This document shows positions 26,601 through 39,461 of a DNA stretch of 64,000 bases, piece by piece. A model generated the notes under the pieces. That model worked only from the letters and a program-made list of their open reading frames with translations. It had not been told where the DNA came from and ran no database searches. A program made the position numbers and the translations under genes. Each line of letters begins with the position of its first letter. Position 1 is the first letter of the stretch. Source of the DNA: Yuukianura sp. NJ FZ-2021 (lineage: Eukaryota); the NCBI GenBank assembly GCA_046563655.1, contig CM102288.1, forward strand, positions 4,774,001 to 4,838,000, written 5' to 3'.

Positions 26601-29600
26601 AATTCCCCAGAGACAGGAGCGGTTCAATTCAGCTTATCTTCCAACAAAAATCGGAATAATTAAGAACAAACAGAAGAAAAGAGAAAAGGGGGAAATTAAA
26701 TTTTAGGCTGCGCTTAGTCAAACCCAAAACCTACGCTTTAGAACTTCTCTCTCGTTTTCTCTTTTTCTGCGTGAATTCAATAAAGTCCAAGTTGAAATTC
26801 GACTCGAAGGAAATTTTTGTATTTTATGTATTCCCCCGAGTGACCTGTGGACTAAAGAGCTCTTGCGGAAATTAGTCGTTTGTTTAGGATCAAAGAGAAA
26901 CATAGCATTGCGTGGCCTATTTCTGGAGGGTTTGATGAATGAACAGCCATTTCTGCTTCTTCTTTCTTCTTCTTCAATCAAATTAACAGTAGGTTAACCT
27001 CGCCTAACTATTCTTTGGCTTCCTCAACCACAAACTTTGCGGTTTCTACATAAAATCGATCATTTCAGTTTCACGAAAGTGGCAAAAACCACAGACGCTA
27101 ACTGCAAAGGTGAGCAACGGAACCGGGAAGTTTAACTGCATTTTGCATAAAACCAAAATTTTAAAAAGAAACGCTTCAAACAAAAAAAAAACTCAAATTG
27201 GTTAAGTTTGGGTAAGAAATTCAGAAAAATTTAAGAAATAAAAATACGTTTGGAAAAACGTTTTGAGTATTGAAAATAGGGTTAGGTTTTCTAAATTCGA
27301 ATTCAAATCGAACGGAACGGTTAAGTACTTTTGGAAAATAGGAAATTTTTAGTAGATTTGTGTAAAAAAGACAGTTGTTAAAAATTTAAAACGCAAGGAC
27401 CAACTTAATTTAAGCTTAAGACGTGTTTAGAATTAGCTAGTGATCTGTTGGCGTCATTGGGGAGCATTTGAATTATGAGACTCTTGGGTTAAGTTTCCAA
27501 TTTGAAAATGTATCGCTTCCAATTTGTAACTTTTGAGAAATTTGGAGACTTTTTCCCGGAAAAGCGGCGTCTCTGTCTCATAAATCTTCATAATTTGAGT
27601 GGCAATGACGCATTGGCTTTCATGTGTACTTCCACCTCAACCGCATAAGTACTTGACGCCAATCTTTTTGCTGTTCAAAAACACTTCCCAGTAAAGGTTG
27701 ACACAGTATTAGTCTTTCTCTCAGGACAGCCACATAACCTAACCTAATGTACAATTTCATTGGACTTTGTGTAGGAAGAGATGGAGATAAAGCATACACT
27801 TCATGTCAATCTAAATGAGGCGAATCAATCACATTCAAGTCAATTTCAGTAGGAAATGAATCCATTTCTCACGAAAACGACATCATGAAAAATGACGTTT
27901 CAAATCAACTTCCTTATTTGCAAAAAAAAAAAAAAAAATGAAAAAGTGGAAACGTAGAAACTACTCCCAGAAATTTGAATTTCCAAAAAAAAAACTTGCA
28001 AAAAATGAACAGCTACCTAAGTTAGACCCTAACCATTTTTCAATTTATGCAAAACAGGAACAGTTTTAGTCAAGTTGAAAACCTAAGGAGGATTAGGTTA
28101 GGCTAACTAAAGTAAAAGTTTCAGCAAAGATTTCCACCCAATTAACCCAGTTTAACAATAAAAAGTTTTCATGTTTGATGTTTAGAAAACAAGATTCTAT
28201 CAATCTGTGAACTACAGATTGGGTTGTGTAACTTATGTGCATAACCATCAAAGTTTTCCAAGGAGAAAGGAAAAAGATTGTGAAAAGATCAAAAGTTTTT
28301 TTTTGTTGAAATTTTATGTTTGTTAAAAGGAAACTGGAAGGAGAAATAAGCGTGTTTTTAAAAAGTAAAGTAAAGTTTTGAAGACATAAAGTGTCAACAG
28401 TTGGAAAGTGGTTGTGAAATGACTTTTGGAAGGAAATGGAAAGCCCTCCACTTAAGCAACTGAAGCCCCTTAACTTTCAATCTGATTCTGGAAGTACTAC
28501 ATTATGCCAACTTTCAATTTCCAGAAAGTCCTCTGCCAAGGTCAAAGGTTAAGACTTTCTCTCTCTCCACCTAACATTTACATTACTCAATTCCATTCAG
28601 AACATCATAAAATATAAATAAATTATACATTATGAAGTCTGGTTGAGAACTTAAACGCAAAGGTTATTCAAAATTCAACACATTAGGGAGTTTGCGTTAT
28701 AAATAAATTATAGAAATTATAAAAAGTGTAGAATTTAGGAAGTCTGAACCAACCGCTTTGAAACGGCTCCTGGGATTGGTCGATTTTATATCTGTGACGT
28801 CACTTTGTACACGTACACGTATGTACACGTGCTATAATTCCCATAACTGTAAATTATTGGACGTGTTTATAAACTTTATGAATCTACAATGCGAAAAGTG
28901 GCGCCACCTTCAGCCATAAATTGTATACTTTCCATAATTCCCATAATTTTTATAATTTCTATAATTTAGTTGATAGAAACTATTCCGCATTAATTTCACC
29001 TTAGGTTTAAAAAATCTTGTTTTGCAAATATGCTTTTGAATGAAAGTTTTAGTTTGGAATGAGAAGATGAGCCTAGTTTTATGAAGTTGGGTTAATGATT
29101 TATGTTGAGTTATGTCAGGTAACCCACTGGTTGATAAATGGCTAGCTGTCAATGGCTGTTAATTGAAAGGGAAAGTGTTGTATAATTGTGGATGATGAGC
29201 TAGATATCGTGACATCTCTCCATCTATTCACTCATGATCAATTGTCGAGTGTTGGATGATGACACGGAGAGGTCCATTGTCCCGTCTGCCGCAGAATTGG
29301 TTCATCCCGGCAGTGGGAACATCCCAACACTACACTGTCAATCACACTTCTGATCCAAGAGAAATCCCTCTAACGGAACAATCTATTCTCATTACCACTT
29401 CCAACATCCAACATCAGCAGCATTTTGAATGTGCTGCCCAAGTATTCTAGGGAAAGTGGATTCTTCAGGTTGTTGGTCCGACGGGTCAATGGGCTAATCT
29501 GATTAACAATCACAATTCAGCAGTCATTCACTTTCTCTGCCACTCTCTGACTCAGCACTTTTACACTCACGATTGATCCAATTCTTAAAACTACAAAAGA

Positions 29601-32600
29601 AAATTACCAAAAAACTACACTCAACGCATATTGTTCAAGTTTTGACAAAAAAAAGCAACTAAATTAGTTTAATAACATATTAAATTATATAAATTAAAGC
29701 CATTCAAAAACATGAAATCGGGAGTTGAAGAAAGGGAAAGTCCCGAGTGGAAATTTCATTCATTTCAGATTTCCAAATGAAATTTTTCGTATCAAAAATC
29801 TAAAAATAGGAGCTGGGTTTTGGCCCTACCTCAAAAGAAACTAGGGATGAACGAGAATGGAGAAACTCCATTCAATTTTCCAAAGGTCAAACGCTATTTC
29901 TGAAGTTCAGAAACCATGAACTTGCGTGACCTTCAAATCAATTTCCCAACTCGTAGAACTTTAAATAGAAACTATGAAGAGGGAAATCTCTACGGGAGTT
30001 AAACGAAGCTTCCATTCCTTACTCCCTCTCAAAATGTCACATTCATTCACAAAATCCATTTCCTTTTCATCACTTTAAAATAATCATTGAGTTGAAGAAA
30101 TTTCACGTCTTTTTAATGCCAAATTAACTTAAGTTTGTCTTTTTTTTTGAAAAGTACTTAGCAGCTTAGCAAATTTCTCTCTTCATCTTTTGCCGAAAAG
30201 AGCTGTCAACTTTCTTTTGTGGGAAAATGTAGAAAAGACAAAGAGAGGCTAGTTTCTTTTTAAAAAAAAATTTCAAAAAAAAAATTCTGCAAAGGCGTGA
30301 TTGTTTCAAAAGCTTAAAAAAACTGTATACTGTCATGAGTCGTGCAAACCAATTTGTTATAATTTGAAGAAGAGTGAATAAGTTGGTCATTGCAGAAAAA
30401 TTGGCAAGGGTGTTTGTAAAATTTTTGCAAATTACAGTGGAAAAAGTGCAATATTGTTGTTTATTTACCAGATGCCGTCCAATTTCAATAGAAATTGGAC
30501 CATTTCCAAAAAAATGGCATACTGTTTGTCCATTTGATTTCTGATAAAGTGAAAGTGAGAAAATATTTTGCAAGTTGTCAAAGTATTTTCTGAGAAGTAC
30601 TAAGCTCAGAGGTCATGTTACTTCTCGCGAAGCTCAAAAGTTAACGTCAGGAGCAAGTGAAAGTCAAATGAAATCACTTCAATTGGCCCAACATCACAAC
30701 AAAGTCTTTTTTTCATTACTTCCAAGAATCTCATGCACAACAAACCACGATAGTTTCAAAAACTTATATCCCCCACGCGTGCTTCAATTTCAATTACAAA
30801 CTTGGCGCAAATTTTTGAAGTCACCATAGATTCTCAATGTGTTTGTGTCTAAACCGAATTTTTAGCCAGAAAACGCTTTTTCCTAACCTCCCACGCCACC
30901 AGTTACCATCAAAAATCTGTTTTTTAGTCTGAAAAGTCTGCTAATTCAGAGGAATAGTTGGGTGTAAGTAAAAAAAAACTCTCACCTGAATTTCAAGTGA
31001 GACGGATGCCGTGTCTCCACTGAATGTCAACAGTTTTTGTTCCAACATGTTCACACTCAACGGAAATGTCACCGTTTGTTCCAAGTTGCCTTCCCAGAGA
31101 CACCGAATTTTCCTAGCAGCGTCCCAGGCCTCTTGAACTCCCGGTTCATAGATGATGACGAGCAGAGCTTCAACGTATGCCTGCCCACCCTCAGTTAGGC
31201 CATCGTCAATGAAGGACACTCCGCACTCTCCTGTCGTCAGTTCGAACTGGTACATTCTCTCACTCGAATTGGCACCAACGAAATGACACTTGGGATCAGT
31301 GTAGTGACCCTGAAAATGCAACAAATCAAATTTCAAATCCAGAAATTTCAGAAAAATCCTGAGAATTTCTGAAATTATTGAAAAGCGAGTTCAATATGAG
31401 ATCGTTATAGAGTCTAATTTCAGAGAATTCAAAATTTTGAAAACAATTCCAATAACTGTATTAAATTGACGTTTTACCTTGGCATAAATGATGCCGTCAA
31501 AAACTGAGTCAAAAGTGACACGGACTGTCATCTTCTCCTTTCCACAGGCGACATCAATTGCGTCAATTTCTGGATGATGGTGAAGGTGAAGCAGACTTTC
31601 GGCTCTTCCCGTCGGCAGGAATGTTGTCGACGGCGGCAATTCTTCGGTCGTCGTCACTTCATCTTCCTTGGGCAGCTCAACTTCCGTCTCAGGGTTCCTG
31701 GCTGCAGCCTCGTTTAGTCCAACCTTCAAAAATTAAAATTCAAAAAACACAACTTCAAATTTAAATTTGAAATTTAGATTAGAAAACTAATCCCTAAATT
31801 CAATTTAGCTACTTCTTTAATTTCCAAACTAACAACTTCTGCTAAGTTACAATTCTACTAGACTGCGGGTTTTTAAACTGTTACTGCGCCGGGGATTAGA
31901 CTTTTTACTCAAAGTGTTATTATTGTTTGATGCAACCATGAATACTAAACTGCAAAGTACTAAAGTAAATGTTATTCCGGCGCAGACTGTTTGGATAAAG
32001 TGTTATTCCGGCGCAGACTGTTTGGTAATAATTGTTACTCCGGCGCAGACTGTCGTAACTGGTGAGTTAATTGTAGATGATTGTTAAGTTAGTACTGATT
32101 GAGATTAGTTTCGGTTGAATGGCCACTTTCCCTTCATGTCCAAATTGACACAATGGACGTAATTCTTGGTTGGAGATCCTTCCCAAGTATCAATTACGAA
32201 CAGATTGTGTCACTAACAACAACTCCACAAATGAACACAGGAATTTGCAATCTTAAAAATCTCAATTGCAAATTCACAACCACCCTCCTCTCTAAACCCA
32301 CTCATCTTCTTTTTTGTGCAAACTTTCAACTTGACAATTTTCCCAGAAGAAAGGAAGAGAACAATTGAAATGGGACAGAAAAGTAATGTCCAATTACACA
32401 ACTACCCAACTCCATCACTTAATTCTCGGCTTTAACTTTTTAACAGTTTCGGTAACGACTATCCACAATTTCAAAGTAATTACTACACATTAAGCCTCTT
32501 TCCACGTTTGGTAAACGTACATTTTCAACAAAAAAAAAGTGCCAAATTGCTTTTTTACGGAAGTTTTTAGAGTTCAATAGCCCATAACCAGGTTATAGAG

Positions 32601-35133
32601 TGGTGGACTCCCACACGAATTTTTTATCCTTAAAAAAACTAAATTTTGAAAAAAAGAGAAAAAAGTAAAAGTTTGAAAAATTGTTTTTCTTGTGATCCGC
32701 CAAAACTTTTGGAATCAAGGAGCTTCAAAATTGGAAATCCTAAACTAAAAAGAGAAAAATCTAATCAAAGTGAGATCATACTTTAAAAAAAAGGCAAAAA
32801 AAATTTTTAGTAAAAAAAAAGTAAAGAAAAAAATTTAGTCAAAAAAGTTTTTCAAATCTGGTTTTTCGTCGTTTGAATTTAAAATTAGTTTGAAAGTTTC
32901 AACGCTAAAAGTGAAAGTTGGAAATCAAATGAAGACTTCCAGGAACACGAAAGATTTTTGCCTGGATTTAAAAAAAAGAAGGTAAAAATGCGGAAATTTA
33001 ACGCCAAAAGCGTGGGAATCTAAAACTATAAGTGGTTTTTGAAAAAAAATAAGACAAAATCAGCACTTTTCCAATTTAGGCCAAACATAAATGAAGTTTG
33101 TCTCTTTCCGTTTCCTCCTTTCACTTCTTCTTCTTACTTGGAGTTGGAGTTCATAAGCCTGCTTCCATTTTTTTTAAAAACATGAGATTGTCCTTGATGT
33201 TGTTTACAAACTGCGCAATTTTTAAAAAGTTCCATTTTTTCGGGTTTCGAAAAGTAGAGCTTTCACTCCTACGTGAAAAACTTTTTCTCAAGATTTTTTA
33301 TACGAAAATGGAAACTGGCGAGCTATCTTATTATTTCCTTTTCAAATTCGAACTTTTCTGGGCTGTTGCTTTTCTTTTCCTCGCTTCCGAGCACTTCATA
33401 AGAGACGTAGAATTTGCAATTCCGAGCTGTGCAAAAAGTCTTTTGATGTCAAGATATCCAAAATGTGAAAGCTTGGTTTCTGCATTTCCATCGCTCCACA
33501 AAGTTACTGTTGGAGCATACACAGTTCTTAAAAGGTGACAGATGCTGTGTCCATTAATAACTTTAAAGCATGCAGCAAACTCAAATGTCAAGAATTGTTA
33601 CAATTCTGCTTTTAAAGAAATTTTCAAAAGAACAAACAAAACAACGCTGACCAAAAAACAAAGGCTGTCACAAACATATGCAAGTCGATCAAACTTTCTT
33701 AGAAATTTTGCAATGCAGAAAAAAGAATTCTTTGCTTTTAAAATGATTTCATTTCAAGATTTTTTTTGACCCGTGCCATGACTTTCAATTGCAAAGCATT
33801 TGTTAGAAAATGAAAGTGAAATTTGATTAAATCAAAGCAGATGAGTTGAGAGAAAAGCTCGAAGAGTGAAAGTGAGTAATCAGAGCACTTAGATTTTGTG
33901 ATTTGCAGATCCAAAGTGCTTTGAAATCCGCATGCCCCACCAAACCCACCATCACCCACAGCCACCTTGGTGGCTCTCCTGCTAAGGACAAACCTGTTGA
34001 ATAGACGGTTCCTGAGCAGAGGCTGAAGGCAGGCGTTCGACCGTGGATGACTGACGGGGAAGCGCTATCGCTGGAAACTTGAGCTGAGCTCGAGTGGAGC
34101 TGAGGACGCTTTGGGCTGGAACTGGATACAAGTATCCCACCTACAAAAACAAACCAAAACTCAAACAAAACAGAAACTTGGGGGAAAGTGAGCTTTTCTT
34201 TGTTAGCTTTTCATTTTTCATAAAATGTCTCCGTGAGAGGGAGAATTTGAAACTGGAGGTTATTGATTGACATGTTGTGTGCGGAATTAATTTGGGAGAC
34301 ATTGATTGAGTGGAGACGACATCATGAAACGTTGTGAAGCGACATGAGACATGACAACCTTTTGTTTGCAGAACGTAATGAAGCTGACATGAGTTTACAC
34401 TCCACTGCACTTTGCTTATTGCATCTTCCTTCCTTAAAGTACTATAAGAGGAAGTGAGGCTCATCCTCTCTTTTGTTTCCACTAATTTTACAGCTTCTCA
34501 AACTAAGGTCATCTCTTTTCGCAATTTGCCAAAATATTTGTAATTTGCAAAGTTATTGCAATTTAGAACAGAGTTAAGGTTGGGGTGGAGAGCTGTCGCA
34601 GTGGAAATGAACTGATCAAAGCTCATTTCCGATGACCTTTCACTTTTCAGTTCAAGTCCACTCTTTGTCATTTAAGAAAAATTCAAATTTTGAATTTCTG
34701 AAAAATTAATAAGAGTTCTTGAAATTTTGAAATTATAAAAATTTCTTGAAAATAATTCAAATTATAATGAAAACTGAACGCAATGTTACTCCGAAACGTT
34801 GAGTTTACAACAAAATGTGATCTTCATCTCTTCTTTCTTCAAAAAATCGGACACTCTTTGAAAAAAGTATTTCTACTGGCGTTGGAACTTTTCTCTGCGG
34901 GCAGAATTTTCAAAAAACTTTTACTTAAAAAAAAAGCCCTTCTTTGCTTCTTTGAAATTCTTTTTCGTTTTTTTTTTCTAATTTGAAAAATGTTTAAGCC
35001 TTACTTTTGGTACTTGTTGAGCTGCCGAAGCGACGAGCGTCGCTTGTTGGTTGTTCTGTTTCTGCTGTCTTCCGGGGAGCGCCGAAATTAGAAGTGCCGA
35101 ATAAGCCAATAGGAACACGAAGCTCAATTCCAT
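23671..35133 (-). CDS. ZP-domain (cuticlin-like) type I membrane protein, 9 exons
   Basis: Exons 35133-35005, 34140-33994, 31723-31478, 31309-30986, 25776-25613, 25300-25213, 25117-25019, 24383-24002, 23810-23671 join in frame. Signal peptide MELSFVFLLAYSALLISALP; ZP-N with 4 Cys (VACG, PKCH, GECG, IRCL); ZP-C (FDILVRNCVATDG...RGC...AFKFPDVMDLFLECTVSLC); furin site RKRPRR; C-terminal TM LLGLISAVSLTATTILISVAIVGTI. Confidence 0.9.
28687..28986. mobile_element. MITE-like element (family A, copy 2) in ZP gene intron
   Basis: ggagtttgcgttataaataaattatagaaattata...ggaagtc...ggctcc..gattggtcgattt..tctgtgacgtcacttt is the reverse-complement counterpart of 10345-10467; degenerate right TIR near 28950-28986. 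Confidence 0.65.
31970..32053 (+). repeat. Three-copy ~31-bp minisatellite (tgttattccggcgcagactgtttgg)
   Basis: Copies at about 31970, 32001 and 32033; an inverted partial copy ctgcgccgg lies at 31884-31892. Confidence 0.8.
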
Positions 35134-35410
35134 TTTGGAAAAAGTCCAACCACTTTCCACTTGGAAAGACTTTTTCAAAATATTTTCAAAATTTGAATTA
35201 GCACAACTCACAAAATTAACTCAAAGGCAAAAGCAAATGCTCCGGAAAATCGAAATTGGAAAAATAAAAATTATAATTTCAAAAACAGATTCCCACTACA
35301 ATTGTAAGTGGATAATGCTAGAAAATTGAAGGTAATTTGAATTTTTGAAGAGACTGAAGTTGTGGTGGGAAGCGTGTATGATTAAATGAAGATTCGTGCA
35401 GAATATTGTC

Positions 35411-35418
35411 TATTTATA
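35411..35418 (-). promoter_or_regulatory. Candidate TATA box of the ZP gene
   Basis: TATAAATA on the minus strand about 280 bp upstream of the ATG at 35133; positional inference only. Confidence 0.3.
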
Positions 35419-36833
35419 GGTGGGAGTCCATTGAGCATATCACTCACATTAATTCGGATGCTCTCCACTACCCCAGGGGGAAGTCACTTCCATTGTCAAT
35501 TCAATTTTCACCAACATTCAATCACTGCAGTCCCATTGTCTCCCGTATCCACCCAATCCTCATCCTTGTCCTCTACAAGTTTAGCACATTTCCTAAAATT
35601 TCAAAAAAAAAGAAGGAATTTCCTGGAATTTCCAAAATATTGAAATCTCGGAGTTCAGACTAAACCTAGTTTGTGGATTTCATTTTCCTAAATTCAAAAG
35701 TTTTCGTGGAAAATAGAATTTCGGTTTTCGCAGAAGTTTAACTTGTATTAGTAGATCCAAAGGATTTCAGTTTTTTTCTCTACACAAACAGGAAACAGAA
35801 AAGCTGCTTACGTAACTTTCAGGGTGAAACCAAAATTCAAAAAATAAATTCTCAATTTGTGAATTTTGAGGATTATCGTTGCAGTTCTAAAAAGTCGAAC
35901 ATGAAAATAAAAGTACACTCCAAATAGGATTCAATTTTTGAAGTTTGACATTCTTCTCTTCAATACATTGAATATTTCGGTCATCCGCCCGATACGGACA
36001 TTTCAAAATTTCGGACCAACCTGTTTCAGGCGGACATGGTGGAAAGGAAACGTATTTTAAAAGTACAGGAGGCGCAGTACATTGGAAAATCTTAGACTTG
36101 AGGATCGGATTTACACATAACAAATGGTTACACCGTGAGTGCATTTTCCTCCATCATTTCGGTCATGTCAAATCCAATTTTGGAAAAAAAAAATTACCGA
36201 AACTGGGAAATTGACACCTCTTTGGTGTAAATTCCGGCATGGGATTGTTATATGTTTGGTGTGTTGATTTACATGGGTGGGGTGATGCAGAGGGTGAGTT
36301 GTTGAACAGAGGGATGAAGTGAGTTTGTAAAAATAAGAAAGTGGCTGGCACAATGTGTACTTTTTGACGAGAAACGCTTTTGCGGTCTTTTGTGGATGGT
36401 AATTAGGATAATTCACACCTCTGCCACTTCATGTCTAATGAAATTCACCAATCAATCAAACACTTGTTACTCATCGCTGGTCCAATTCTACCGCTGCAGT
36501 TCAATATCCTGCCGCTTTCTGCTCCTCAAAAGGACAAACACTATTACGGAACTTATGATTACGAGTCAAAAATCTTTGGACCAAAAACGGAATTTGGGCC
36601 ATTGGAAATTATGGGCAAATGGAAAAGAAAGTGCAGAGTGAAACAAAAGATGAAACGCTAATTAATTAGGCAAGTGATGTAAGGGGAGATGGTGATTAGG
36701 ACATGGCCACTGCCTCTGCTTAAGAGGCGTGAAGTCATCTTCTTCAATGATTAATTACTAATTGTACGGTGGTGCATTTGTGCTTGGACGTTTCTGCACT
36801 TTTAAATAAGACCGGTAAATTGGAATGTTAAAA

Positions 36834-37072
36834 AGTAGCGAAAGATGAGCCGAAGTGCACCGCTGAAGAGCCCTAGTGCACCATTGGGAGCCGTAGCACA
36901 CTGTGGAGCCACAGTATGCTCTGCGCATAGTTACGGTTGAGCAGTTGACCTTTGACCCGGAAAAAGTTGACCAACGAATCCCGGAGAATGTTGGGCTGTT
37001 TTTCGATATAATTGACGCGGATAGACGGACAGACAGCAAATGATCCAGATATATGAAGTAGATTTGCTGTTT
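36834..37072 (-). mobile_element. DINE-1/Helentron-like element (family B, copy 3, diverged, inverted)
   Basis: The minus strand reads ..agcaaatctacttcatatat..ctgtctgtccgtc..aattatatcg..ccgggtcaaaggtcaac..gtgcacttcggctcatctttcgctact, the same ordered blocks as copies 1 and 2. Confidence 0.6.
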
Positions 37073-39461
37073 TAATAATAGTAGCGTCATTCCGATTTCT
37101 TGGTTAGGTTAGGTGAGGGGGAAGACTAACCTTTGAGGGGGGATGCGTTGTGTCATCCGGGGATGAAACGATGAAAGTGAAATCTGGTGATCTGATGATC
37201 GTGATGCTGTGATTTTGAAGATGAAGTTACATGATAGTTAAGGTGGCTCTTGCACCACCGCACCACCTTAATTCCAATTGCCCATATGAACCCAAACCAT
37301 CAATTACCCACACAAATACCTATCTAAAAATTACAAACTGTCAAAGGAACTAACACCGATGACCACAATCACGCTCCCTTTCCCTTTCAAAATCCATCAA
37401 AAACCAACAATTTCATGTCCGAAGTGATAAACTAACATCTCAATTTGCTAATTGTGATTTCATTAACTAATCGACACTCTTCTTGAACCAATTGACCAAG
37501 GTGTGGATTAGTTTGAAATTTGAAGATGATTGGAATTAATGGATGTTGATGTTTGAAGGCTTGGGTGCGCTTTCTCCTCCGCACTTTCCCTTTCAGAGCG
37601 GATTGTCTCGAGTGAATCGTGCGGATTGTGGATCAGTGGGCACTTGTTGCAGAGCAGACACCCTCCAGGCGAACAATGACACAAACGAACCACTTCCAAC
37701 AATCCACGAGTCATCCAGCACTGTGCTGGCAGCACATACTAGGTACAACAATTACATCATCAATCCACAACACAATCAGACAACCATTGTTCGGGCAGAG
37801 AGAGAGAGCACGTCAACTCAATTAAAACAGTCCACAACCATCCCACCAGCACATAGTTCAGCACTTTCGAGATCCCCGATCCTCGATCTGGGATCGGGGA
37901 TCTTAGCCAGCCAGAACGCGAGGTAAGGCCAAAGGATCGGGAATCGGATGTGTGAAACGGCAAGGTATTTTGTGATCTTTACTCGAAAAACCCGGGAATC
38001 GCAGCCAGCAAGAGCGCATGGAAGGCTCGAAAGATGGAGGATCGGGGGTTTGGCTCGGCGGAGCCAAAGTGAGGAACTCCGCACCAGCATCATCATCAAA
38101 ATCCAACCATACAGTACATTCCGCAGAATTAAACTTATCATTCTATTTATCCAAATTAAATTCCAAATCTTAAATTATCCAAATGAACACTGCAATAAGG
38201 AGGCTTTAAAGGAAATGAAAGTTGCCTAACTCAATGGATTCCCAAATGACTCTATTCTGTGACAGCCCAGAATAAACCTGTTACTCAAAATTATTGTCCA
38301 AATTCAAAAATAGAAACTTCCTTTTGTTGATCCTCACCGGCATTCCTCTTTGAAATGACAACAAACACACGAGCTGTATGGTCGATTGTTGGTATGTTTG
38401 ACATGCGATGTGACTTGACCTGTCATTTGTCAAGTGATTGATTCCTTTAATCCTGAATTCCTCATGATATGGCTTATGACAATTGGTTGAACTGTGGGTG
38501 GATAAGTGAAAGTGTTTGATGGGATTCTGTGGCCTGGGGTCCAATTATCCTGTGATTGATTGTGTGTTCTAATTGGTGTGATTTAAAGTGGAACAATGGG
38601 AAGGTGAGTATTCGTGATGCCGGAAGAAGACAAAAGATGATTCAGGAATAGGCAATCAGATGCGATTAATCACTGGCCAAAAGACTAAAATTAAACATGT
38701 CACACAGTGACACTTTAATTCCAAGTTTCAGCAGAGAAACTCCAAATTGCTACTTTAAACGATTTCTATCCACAATTATCTACTCAAATAACGTCACATA
38801 TTAACAATATGCATGCCACTTTTCCAAAACTTAACAATATTTAATTACTAAATAGATTGTAAAAGTAGTTTTAACTTGTCAAGGTCAAGGGTCAAAGAAA
38901 GGAGAAAGTTCTGCTGTTGTTTAGCGTCGCTCGCTTTCCCGCCGTTACAATCTGCGTAAACAAAGAGCGCCAAAAAAAGGAACGAGAAATTACATTTGAA
39001 TTTTGATTTTGTGTTTCTCTCATTCTCATTTGATTTGTTTATGCTCTCCATCAGCTGTTTAAAGGTAAGTGTTAATGATTAATACTCATCAATGTTTTTA
39101 AATAAGGTCAGTGTTTCTGTTTTCAATTAACTTAGGTACTGACCGCATGTTGCAACTGGCACTGACAAGAAAGTGGTGATTAGTATTAGTAAGCAAGCGG
39201 GATAATACTTGGATAATACCAAAGTTTTTCGTAGAAACTTACACTTGAATTTGAAGATAAGACGTAAGATGATTCAATAACTATTTAAAAGCATCTAATC
39301 TATGCATGTGTTTGATATTGCGTATTGTTTAGGTAATCCTCTGATCCTATAAATCCGATTCATGTAAGGATTTGATATTCCGGGAGTTTTCAGTGTTTTC
39401 ACATTGCACTGATTAGCTTTTTTAATTTACAGTCGCAGCGTTTACCTCCTCCATCTCGATA

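Noticed and set aside
29256..29500. Possible extra ZP exon or small ORF in the large intron
   Set aside because: The ZP domain is already continuous from exon 4 to exon 5, and the peptide has no recognisable features.
35887..36661. Cluster of short ORFs upstream of the ZP gene
   Set aside because: No motif, consistent splice structure or homology that I can recognise.
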